From assembly GCA_965248925.1 (NCBI GenBank), contig CBDFLE010000005.1, positions 896,001 to 960,000 of the forward strand: 64,000 nucleotides of DNA, read 5' to 3'. The translations under genes were made by a program, and so were the position numbers. This document shows, in pieces, positions 19,963-28,126 of the stretch; positions within the stretch are counted from its first letter, which is position 1; every line of letters starts with the position of its first letter. The DNA comes from Candidatus Multivoradales bacterium. GTDB lineage: Bacteria > Acidobacteriota > Thermoanaerobaculia > Multivoradales > J023. The notes under the pieces are model-generated. The model saw only the letters and a list, made by a program, of their open reading frames with translations, was not told the origin of the DNA and did not search any database.

Positions 19963-21780
19963 TTGAGAAGGCGCCTCGTTGGCTGGCTGTGGGACCACAG
20001 TCAGCTCTTCCGGCGACCGGCGAGACGCTTGCGGCAGCAGCTTTCCGTGGCTGCCTATTGGCTGCGCCACCGACTCGGCAGCAGCCAGCCACCAAGGGTG
20101 CTCTGCGTCGTCAGCGACCCGGCATCTGCCAGTGCCGGGCAGCTCGCCCATCCGGTTGTCCGCATCGCAGCGGATTCTGCCGAGATCTTGGTGAGCTTTG
20201 TCGCCCAGCAGACCGAGACTTCCATCGCCATCGAGTCGACCCGCGCCGCCAGCTATGTCTTGACCTTGGCCAAGGAGCCGACCTCCCTACCGGCCACCTT
20301 TCTCGAGTCCCTGCTCCTAGCGGTCGCTGCCGAGGATCTCTGTTGGGCCACCGGCGGCTGGGCGGGGCCCGCCCAAGCCAATGCGCCGGCAGGCGGGCTA
20401 AAGCTGGCTGCCGCCGTGGACAGTGCCAGCGCTACCCTCAGCCGCTTGCCAACCGCCAAGCCAAGCGCCGCACCAGAGGTTTATGGCCGGACCGTGCCGC
20501 ATATCACTTCGGCCTTGAATCTCGAGCTTATGCAACCTCTGGCGGCGCTACCTCTGCCTCGATCGGGGGCCTATCTGCTGCGCGATGATCAAGTCGCCGG
20601 GCGGATGGTGACCCAGCCAGTCTACGATCTCGCCGAGCGACTAGGTCGCTTGCCCACTCACGAAGGGCCGCCGACCGCCCTGTTGCTGCTGCCCTTCCTC
20701 GCTGTTGGCGGCGCCGAGAGCTTGCTCTTTGAGTTGCTCGAAGGTTGGGTCGGGCGCTACCGCATCCTGGTAGTCACCACCGAGCCCCACCGCGCCGAAC
20801 TCGGCCAAACGGTCGATCGCTGCCGCGCCCTGACCCCCCACGTCTACACCCTTGGCGACTGGCTACCCCGCGCCGCTTTGGCCGGCGCCTTGGCCCATCT
20901 GCTACGCCGCTGGCGGGTTAGTAGCCTGATGTCGTGGAATGGCACGGTAGCGTTCTACGACCTCGCCGGCGAGCTGCGCGCCGGCTGTCCCGGCCTGCGC
21001 CTGATCGATCAACACTTCAACCACCGCGGCGGTTGGATCGAGCGCATGACCCCGCGCCGCTTCGCCAAACTCGACGCCAGCGTAGCGGTCAATCAACCCA
21101 CGGCCCGAGCATTGCGCGAGCAGCACGGCGGCCCGCCGGAGAAGGTACGGCTGATTCACCATGGCGTCCGCCTGCCCAGGATCCGTTCAGCCGCCGAAAT
21201 CAGCCAGCGCAAGCAGCACCACCGCGAGCTCTTCGGCGTGCCCCAAGAAGCGCTAGTAGTGGGCACTTTCGTTCGCATGCATGCCCAGAAACGGCCCCTT
21301 GACGTACTCGCCTTGGCCCACCGCCTGCGGCACCGAGGAGTCTGGTTCGTACTCGCCGGTGGCGGCCCCTTGGACGCGGAGATCGACCGTGAGCTGGCTC
21401 GCCGGCCGGCTGACAACTTGCTGCGACTGCCGATGCAGGAAGACGTCGAGCCGCTCTACGCGATGGTCGACTTATGTCTCTCGACCTCGGATTTCGAGGG
21501 TCTGCCGGTATTCTTGCTCGACGCCCTGGCCCGGTCCTTGCCAGCGGTAGCCACCGCCGTTGGCGATGTACCCCTGCTGCTCGGTGATGGCGGCGGCCTG
21601 CTGGTGGACGAACCAGGGAATCTCGACGCCTTGGAAACAGCTCTATGCTCTCTCCTCGACCCCACTGAGCGCCAGCGGCGGGGTGCTATCGGCCGCGCCA
21701 CAGTGGCCGAGCGATTCGGTCTACAACGCTACCGCGAGGCTTACGAAGAACTGCTCTTCCCCGAGGGAGAGCAAGCGTGA
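19963..21780 (+). CDS. Glycosyltransferase family 4
   Basis: LAVGGAE, RMHAQKRP, SDFEGLPVFLLD, TAVGD; paralogue of the preceding gene. Confidence 0.88.
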   Translation: MRRRLVGWLWDHSQLFRRPARRLRQQLSVAAYWLRHRLGSSQPPRVLCVVSDPASASAGQLAHPVVRIAADSAEILVSFVAQQTETSIAIESTRAASYVLTLAKEPTSLPATFLESLLLAVAAEDLCWATGGWAGPAQANAPAGGLKLAAAVDSASATLSRLPTAKPSAAPEVYGRTVPHITSALNLELMQPLAALPLPRSGAYLLRDDQVAGRMVTQPVYDLAERLGRLPTHEGPPTALLLLPFLAVGGAESLLFELLEGWVGRYRILVVTTEPHRAELGQTVDRCRALTPHVYTLGDWLPRAALAGALAHLLRRWRVSSLMSWNGTVAFYDLAGELRAGCPGLRLIDQHFNHRGGWIERMTPRRFAKLDASVAVNQPTARALREQHGGPPEKVRLIHHGVRLPRIRSAAEISQRKQHHRELFGVPQEALVVGTFVRMHAQKRPLDVLALAHRLRHRGVWFVLAGGGPLDAEIDRELARRPADNLLRLPMQEDVEPLYAMVDLCLSTSDFEGLPVFLLDALARSLPAVATAVGDVPLLLGDGGGLLVDEPGNLDALETALCSLLDPTERQRRGAIGRATVAERFGLQRYREAYEELLFPEGEQA

Positions 21781-22751
21781 GCCAGCAACTGCCCTCGGTG
21801 TCGGTGGTCATTCCGTCCTACAACCACGCCGCCTACATTGAAGACGCGATCGACAGCGTGTTCGAACAGCAAATCGATGGACTCCAGCTGGTGGTGATCG
21901 ACGACGGTTCCTCAGACAACAGCCTGGAACTTATGCAGCGCTACCGCCAGCGGCCCGGTTTCGAGTTCTACCCGCAAGCCAACCAAGGAGCCCATGCGGC
22001 GCTCAACCGCGGCATCGAGCTGACCCATGGCGAGCTGATCCTGATCCTCAACTCCGACGACAGCTGGGACCCGGGCCGTATCGCCGACCTGCGCCAACGT
22101 TTCGCCGCCCACAAGGAGCTGGTCCTGGCGGCGAGCTGGCTGCGGGTAGTCGACGGTCAGGGGGAGACCCTGGCGATCAAACAGGCCTTCCACAATCTGC
22201 CCCCATGGTCGCCACCTCGACCTGGCCCTCAGCTCAGCGAGTCTGGTGAGCCCTCCTTGGCGCTGCTCGAAAGCAACTACATTTCGACCACCTCGAACGT
22301 CGCCTTCCGGCGCCAAGTTTGGCGGCAAGGTGTCCGCTTCCAGGCCCTACGCTACGCTCATGATTGGGACTTCGTACTTGCTGCTTGCCAGGTCGGTGAG
22401 CTAGAGATTCTCGAACAGCCTTCGGTGCGCTACCGCGTGCATGGCAAGAACACCATCCGAGAAGGCACTGACCTGGGCAAGGGCCTGATGCGCTTCGAGA
22501 TCCTCTGGTCGGTGGCCCGGCATGCCAACGCCCTGATCGAGCGCTGGGCGGCGAAGGGTTACGATCGGGCTGAACTCGAAAGGCGCCTGTGGACCTCGGC
22601 CCCGCGCTTTGGCAACGATGCATTGTTCGCCCAGCTCCTCGCTCTGCGCGGCGGCGCGCGCCATCCGGGTTCGGCCTACGACGCCCTGATCCGCCAGGAC
22701 CACCCCTTCCGCGATGCCGCGGTAAGACAGCTGGCGGCAGCGGCTGATTGA
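21777..22751 (+). CDS. Glycosyltransferase family 2
   Basis: VSVVIPSYNH, IDDGSSD, NQGAHAALNRG, LNSDD, HDWDF; GTGA overlap with the upstream gene. Confidence 0.9.
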   Translation: MSQQLPSVSVVIPSYNHAAYIEDAIDSVFEQQIDGLQLVVIDDGSSDNSLELMQRYRQRPGFEFYPQANQGAHAALNRGIELTHGELILILNSDDSWDPGRIADLRQRFAAHKELVLAASWLRVVDGQGETLAIKQAFHNLPPWSPPRPGPQLSESGEPSLALLESNYISTTSNVAFRRQVWRQGVRFQALRYAHDWDFVLAACQVGELEILEQPSVRYRVHGKNTIREGTDLGKGLMRFEILWSVARHANALIERWAAKGYDRAELERRLWTSAPRFGNDALFAQLLALRGGARHPGSAYDALIRQDHPFRDAAVRQLAAAAD

Positions 22752-22991
22752 GGCCTGCAAGTCTCCCCGGCAGCGACTCGCCATTCAGGAGCCTCCCCCT
22801 GTCGTCTTTGGGGGGGTATGGGAAGACAATTCCGACACATTCGCCCCACGAGCGGAATGTGTCAATGAAAGTGAGACACTTTCTTCTGGGAATTAGTACG
22901 GAATCGGTAGTGGCTCCGGCACCATCTTGAAATGGGCTTCAGAGAACGGATTGTCGTTGCTCGTGTAGGGCCGGTTCAGCGACCGTGTCAT

Positions 22992-23675
22992 TCAGAGATC
23001 GGCCAGCAGTAGAGCCACCGGCTTGGATGCCATGCTCGAACCGCGGTCCGAGTGCAAGGTAAGTCGATCTCGCTCAACACCTTGCTTGTCAACACCTTGC
23101 TTGTCAACACCTTGCTTGTCAACACCTTGCTTCTCAACACTGTCGGCAATCAACCGCTTCGCGAGTCCTCCGGACTCGCGGCAGGCGAGCATCCAGCCGG
23201 CGATGTAGCGGCTGAAGACCTCCAGAATTACGTAAAGGTAGTAGTAGGTCCACTTCACCGGGCCATTGAGCTTGGTGATGTCCCACGACCACACCTCGTT
23301 CGGCCCTGTGGCCAGCAGTTCGGGCTTGGTGTAGTTGGGATGACGCCGCTGACGGCGTCGCTCGCGCAGCTCGCCCTCAGACTCCAGGACCCGGTACATG
23401 GTGCGCACCGAGCAGATATGGCGCTGATCCTCGTCCAGCAGCGCCGCCCAGACTTGACGCGGCGAGCGGTCGACGAAGCGCTCCGAGTGCAACACATCGA
23501 GGACCTCCTGGCGTTCAGCGGGCGTCAATGCCAGCGGCGGTCGAGGCCGCGTCGATAGCTGCGGCCCTGCGCCCTGCTGCCGACGGCGGCGATAGAAAGT
23601 GGCTCTGGGGACCGCCAAGGCGGCGCAGGCTGCCTGCACCCCCACCATCTCGGCCAGCGGCGCCACAGCGCTCAT
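22992..23675 (-). pseudogene. Truncated IS3 transposase OrfB
   Basis: Matches 42808..43929 but stops after LLADL and carries a GVDKQ expansion. Confidence 0.88.
23074..23140. repeat. 15-bp tandem repeat (TCAACACCTTGCTTG), about 4.5 copies
   Basis: Directly visible; encodes (GVDKQ)3 extra relative to the intact IS3 copies. Confidence 0.95.
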
Positions 23676-23700
23676 GACTGGCTCTCACTCGGCTCGATCC

Positions 23701-24135
23701 CTAGCAGCCGGGAAAGTTTTTTTGGACATCGATGATCGTCTCGGCTTTGTACAGCTGATGCTTGAGCCGGGCAATCTCACGCTCAAGCTCCGCGACGCGG
23801 CGGGCCTCAGCAGCGACCGGCCGACGCTTGCGACCGCGCTTCTTCGACAAACCGGCCAGAGCACTGGCATCGCGTTGCTGGCGCCAATTCGATAGTAGAG
23901 ATGAATACAGACCCTCCCGGCGGAGCAGGGCGCCAATCTCGCCGGGCTTGCTACAGGCGTCGGCAGCCTGGACGATGCTCAGCTTGTACGACGCGCTGTA
24001 CCGACGCCGCTTCGCCTTCTCAGTTACCTCTGGATCTCGTCGGTCAGCGCTCATATCTCGCAGCTCGTGGCTTGGACTCGCCCTGGTGATTGCTCTCCAC
24101 GCCCTCACTAATTTCTCGGTACGGCAGTGTCTCAC
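23701..24135 (-). pseudogene. IS3 OrfA with frameshifted C-terminus
   Basis: Matches 42347..42811 but ends NFPGC because one A is lost. Confidence 0.8.
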
Positions 24136-24153
24136 TTACATTGGCACAGAGGG

Positions 24154-24197
24154 CCGTGGCAGTACAGGGTGGAGATGGTAAGCTTGTGCTCGGTCAT
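24154..24197 (-). pseudogene. 5' stub of a SymE-like gene cut by the IS3 element
   Basis: AGGAGG then ATG ACC GAG CAC AAG CTT ACC ATC TCC ACC CTG TAC (MTEHKLTISTLY), matching MTEHKLTISALY at 31659. Confidence 0.85.
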
Positions 24198-24377
24198 TGG
24201 GAATCCTCCTCTTCCGGAGAGCCGCCGGAACCCTGTCAACAGGGAATATGCGCTCTACGTGACTTTCCTGAACTTCATTTACGGTCTATGTGGATATACG
24301 TTATACGAGTATTTCAAACAAGAGGATATCCACCCTCGCCCACCGAAAACGAAAACTGCCCTTAGAATTGGGGAACG

Positions 24378-24749
24378 ATGCCGAGGAAAAAGCAGCCACC
24401 CACCGACTTTGGACATCGCCTGCCTGCCATCCGCAAGGCCAAAGGCTTCACCCAGGTTCAGCTTGCAGATGTGACCGGGACCACCCAGCGGGCGATCTCC
24501 TACTACGAAACGGAGGCCGGCTATCCACCGATGCCGGCGGTCGTCGCTCTGGCCCAGGCCCTCGGTGTTTCTGCCGATGAGTTGATGGGTCTCAAACAGC
24601 CCCAGGTCGACCTGCTCCAGGACGATCCCGAAACCCGCAGGATGTGGAAGAAGTTTCAGCAGGTCCGGACTCTGCCCGAGAGGGACCAACGAGCCGTAAT
24701 TCGGCTCGTCAATTCGCTTGCCTCAGCGAGTCAGCCCGCCACGGAGTAG
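24378..24749 (+). CDS. XRE-family HTH regulator (allele A)
   Basis: IRKAKGFTQVQLADVTGTTQRAISYYE...LAQALGVSADELMG. Confidence 0.9.
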   Translation: MPRKKQPPTDFGHRLPAIRKAKGFTQVQLADVTGTTQRAISYYETEAGYPPMPAVVALAQALGVSADELMGLKQPQVDLLQDDPETRRMWKKFQQVRTLPERDQRAVIRLVNSLASASQPATE

Positions 24750-24836
24750 GCTACGTCTGCTCTTTCGCTGGGGTTTTTCATGAGAACCCGGCCGAAGGCG
24801 AATCTCAAGAAACGGTCGATACCGGACCCCACGAAG

Positions 24837-25067
24837 TTACGCTTCGTCTCGAAGATGTAGATCGACGTTGATAGCGCACTCTTTCACGGTCCGCACAGCC
24901 GTTTTCCAATCCGCCCAAACAGCGGGATCAGCTGTCCCTTCATCCTGCAAGAGGCTCATACCTCCAAGCAGGGCGCCGAGATCGTCCGACTCGGTGCGTT
25001 GGTAGATCTCTTCGAGGAAAGCGAACATCGCGGCATAGGCTTCCCGTGTAGTTAAAGTATCCCCCAT
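24837..25067 (-). CDS. Putative immunity protein for toxin A
   Basis: Small acidic ORF immediately downstream of toxin A, with GGAG before ATG 25067. Confidence 0.75.
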   Translation of the reverse strand: MGDTLTTREAYAAMFAFLEEIYQRTESDDLGALLGGMSLLQDEGTADPAVWADWKTAVRTVKECAINVDLHLRDEA

Positions 25068-25075
25068 TGCCACTC

Positions 25076-26161
25076 CTATTGGCCCGACAGGCCGGTTGTT
25101 GAGTCAAAGATTCGCGGTGTCTGGTTCAACCCGCCGTTTTTGATGACTCCATTGCGGCTCTGGACCCAAACCTGAGTGCCGTCGTCCAGTGTTCGTGCAG
25201 ACCAGACATTACCGAACTTGTCCGTTCCAAGGGCCGTTGAAGCGTCATCTGCGACCCCTTGCAGGAGCTTTCGGTTTGCTGGCGTGTCAGCGAGGTGACC
25301 AGGGGCGTCTCGGAAAATGTGCTTGATCTGACCAGGCTTACTGGGAAACCTCGCTGCCCCCCTTGGTACTCCGCGCGATCCCCGCTGAAAGACCTTACCA
25401 AGTCGAGCAAAGACAGCAGACAGCTTTGACCCAACATTAGGAAGTGCTTTTCGAGTAGCAGCGACAACAAGAGTCGTCTCGTCGACCGGCGAGAGAAGAC
25501 TGACGGCAAACAGCGCCCCCATACCTCGAGCATTGATGTTCTCGATGTATTGCTCCTGGGTGATCTCGCCCCGCATCAAGCGCTGTATATCTTGTTCGAG
25601 AGCCATCGCCGCACGGCTTTCTCGCCCATTGGAGTCGATCTCGTTGATCGGGTTGTTGGCCCCGTAGGTATAGCGGTTCCAGCTTCCAGGCGCGCTGACC
25701 TTGGCGGACCTCGCCGGATCGACACTCAAGAACCGCCCTAGCACTGGGCTACAATACCGAGCGTGCATGTAGTCCAGCTCGCTCCTCGCCCCGGTCCCGG
25801 TCTTGTCCCGCTCATGGCCAGTGAATTTCAGCTGAATCTCGTCAGCCTCCGCGCTGGTCGCCTCTTGACCAAAGGGAAAGTAGTTGTGCAACGCCACCTG
25901 CTGTCCGCCTCGGGTGAAGGGGACAGCCCGACGCGGTTTCCAGCTTGAGAGCTGGTAACCCTCTATGCCTGTTCTACTTAAGCCTCGCTCGGCCCTACTG
26001 CCGGCGGGGTCTTGGTGCTCGAAGGTCCAGAGGCGAGTTTCGGCGTAGCTCGACTCGGAGATCGGCGCGATCGCTGTTGCCGGCATCGTCACCGCCAGGA
26101 GCGCGACGACCAGCCCGAGCGCCATCGTCCAAGTGCTTCTTCCTTTAGCTGCCTGCCTCAT
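25076..26161 (-). CDS. Mini-Rhs toxin A: constant leader + Rhs-associated core + variable C-terminal domain
   Basis: Core YFPFG...KFTGHERD...LDYMHARY...GRFLSVDP...NRYTYGANNPINEIDSNG, then a unique tip (HIFRDAPGHLADTPANR...). Confidence 0.85.
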   Translation of the reverse strand: MRQAAKGRSTWTMALGLVVALLAVTMPATAIAPISESSYAETRLWTFEHQDPAGSRAERGLSRTGIEGYQLSSWKPRRAVPFTRGGQQVALHNYFPFGQEATSAEADEIQLKFTGHERDKTGTGARSELDYMHARYCSPVLGRFLSVDPARSAKVSAPGSWNRYTYGANNPINEIDSNGRESRAAMALEQDIQRLMRGEITQEQYIENINARGMGALFAVSLLSPVDETTLVVAATRKALPNVGSKLSAVFARLGKVFQRGSRGVPRGAARFPSKPGQIKHIFRDAPGHLADTPANRKLLQGVADDASTALGTDKFGNVWSARTLDDGTQVWVQSRNGVIKNGGLNQTPRIFDSTTGLSGQ

Positions 26162-26618
26162 GCCGGGCCATTCTACGCCGCGGGTGGCGCTCGAAGACAG
26201 CGGCTAAAGGAGGAAGGGTGGTTGGTGCGGAGGCGGGATGCGGTTTTCTTAGGCCGCTTTCTTCGGGCAGTGGGTGTTTTCTTAGGTCGTTTTCGTCGGG
26301 CTGGTCGTCGGAGCGAGCGCGGGTCTTTCCGGCAGTTTGGTGCCGGCGGCGCAGCCGCCAAACCAATCTGCACGTTGGGGGCGTGGTGGCGGCGGGGCCG
26401 GAGCCGAGCACGGCGACCGCAGGGCGCCGCGCGCAGGGTACGGAGGCCACGACGCAGGGCGGGTCTTGGGAGGAGGATGGGGAGCCCCCTTGAGGGGGCG
26501 GACGGGGCCGGGCCGAGCCGTCGCAGTGCTGGCTGGTGGATCTCGGCAAGGAGGCCCGGAGCGGGGCGTGGTTCCGAAGCCGCTGACCATCGCAGGCTCG
26601 CGGAGTGCTCACCCCAAG

Positions 26619-26644
26619 TTTCCATAATGCACGCGTTATGGAAA
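26619..26644. other. dif/cer-like palindrome TTTCCATAA-tgcacgcg-TTATGGAAA, a candidate tyrosine recombinase site (also 34473..34498, 43971..43996, 53295..53320, 63884..63909)
   Basis: Perfect 9-bp inverted arms with an 8-bp spacer and a CATAA/TTATG core as in Xer sites; identical in all five copies. Confidence 0.7.
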
Positions 26645-27052
26645 GGCCGTAGGCCCGGAGCCGGGGCGTGTGAGGGCCAGGTCGGATAGGGCGCGCACTA
26701 TCGGACAGCGACCCATGCAAGCCGCGTGACACCTGGGAGGTCCGAGGAGGGGCCCAGGTGGCGCGCGGCTTGCGGAGCGGCTGGCCCGTGCCCGGAGGGA
26801 GCGCAGCGACCGGAGGGACACACGCCCCGGCGGAGCTTGGGGCGAGCTTTCGGAGACTCTTTTCTTGGACTACCTGAAGCCTCGCTCCGGGCCGGTGATC
26901 GGAGGGCTCAGGTGGTGGATCGCAGATGCTCGGGCCGGGGCGGGCAGGGGTGACAAAACAAACACCGCCGAGGGCTGCGTGGCCCGCGAGCGGAGGACGG
27001 CGCAGCCGGCCGCAGCGCGGGACCCGCAGACCCGGACCGCTTCGGGCGGGGG

Positions 27053-28126
27053 TCAGTCCTCCGCCTCGGTCTCGACTACATCGAGTAAGTCCTCGGCGGT
27101 CACTTCATCGCTGCCGTCTTCTTCTGTCGGCGGTGCCACCCGCCGCCCTAGCTTCGCGCCCGGATGGGTTGCCGAGTGGATCGACTTCAGTTTGCGGATC
27201 GATACCTGAGTGTAAATCTGCGTCGTCTCCAGCTTGGCATGGCCGAGCATCTGCTGAATGAAGCGGATATCCGCACCACCTTCGAGCATCAGCGTCGCCA
27301 TCGTGTGGCGGAAGAGATGGCAAGCGCCCGACTTGCCGAGATCGGCGGCGAGCACGTAGCCGCGCACCAGCTGACTCATTCGCGACGGAGCAAACGGCGT
27401 CCCCTGGTTGGTGAGAAAGAGCGTCCCGCCGTCCGGCTCGACCATCAGCGACGGCCGTACCTCAGTGACGTAGCGATCGATCCAGGCCAGCGCCCGCTCG
27501 CCGATCGGGATCATCCAGTCTTTCCGCCCCTTGCCCTGGCGCACCATCACCGTTCCGCGTTCGATGTCGAGATCGTAACGGCCGAGGCCGATCAGCTCAG
27601 CCCGGCGCATGCCGGTCGAGTAGAAGACTTCAAGGATCGTCCGGTCGCGCATCCCGAGTGGGTCGGCGGTGTCGGGCTGGTTGAGCACCTGGTCGGCTTC
27701 CGAGGCGGTCAGCACCGCCGCCGGCAACCGGTGCTCCAGCTTCGGCAGCTCCAGCTCCGAGGCCGGGTTGTAGAGCAGGTGGTTGGCCCGAGTCGCCCAC
27801 TTGAAGAAAGCCCGCACCGGCACCAGCCGCGAGTGCTGCGCCCGGAAAGACAGCGGCCGCCCGTCCCCAGGCTTGCGGTAGTGGTAGAGCCACCTGGCGT
27901 AGCGCTCCAGGATCGGCTTGGTCACTTCCGACGGCCGCGACACCCCACGCTCTTCACACCATGCGATGAGAAACGAGAGGTATAGATGCCGGTTCTCAAC
28001 GGTTCGTGGAGAGTAGTTCTTGATCGCCATCCACTCCAGGTACTGACCCGCCATCACCGCGAAGCCCCGAGGGTCGGTTGGATTGCCCGGCAAGAGGCGG
28101 ATCTTGCGCTCGCCACGGCGCGGCAT
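27053..28126 (-). CDS. Tyrosine recombinase (XerC/D-like), unit B1
   Basis: Catalytic set TGMRRAEL, GKG, HLFRH, LGHA, TQIYT; ATG overlaps the primase stop (TGATG). Confidence 0.95.
   Translation of the reverse strand: MPRRGERKIRLLPGNPTDPRGFAVMAGQYLEWMAIKNYSPRTVENRHLYLSFLIAWCEERGVSRPSEVTKPILERYARWLYHYRKPGDGRPLSFRAQHSRLVPVRAFFKWATRANHLLYNPASELELPKLEHRLPAAVLTASEADQVLNQPDTADPLGMRDRTILEVFYSTGMRRAELIGLGRYDLDIERGTVMVRQGKGRKDWMIPIGERALAWIDRYVTEVRPSLMVEPDGGTLFLTNQGTPFAPSRMSQLVRGYVLAADLGKSGACHLFRHTMATLMLEGGADIRFIQQMLGHAKLETTQIYTQVSIRKLKSIHSATHPGAKLGRRVAPPTEEDGSDEVTAEDLLDVVETEAED

Larger units (their letters stand above)
22853..24153 (-). mobile_element. Degenerate IS3-family element (1301 bp) with internal deletion, frameshift and nonsense codon
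   Basis: Same ends as the intact copies (CCCTCTGTGCCAATG... and ...CATTGACACATTCCG). About 385 bp of the orfB 3' end is missing, the frameshift site is A7 instead of A8, there is a TGA at 22992, and the flanks share no target duplication. Confidence 0.9.

Noticed and set aside
23074-23140. CRISPR-like repeat
   Set aside because: Contiguous 15-bp tandem repeat without spacers inside a transposase pseudogene; no cas genes.
26012-26732. 225-aa (+) and 195-aa (-) ORFs in the spacer
   Set aside because: Low-complexity Arg/Pro/Gly translations, broken by IS3 in two units, with non-synonymous changes in the last copy.
27053-28126. Naming the recombinase as chromosomal xerC/xerD
   Set aside because: Four copies inside a repeated element and coupled to a primase indicate an element-specific enzyme.
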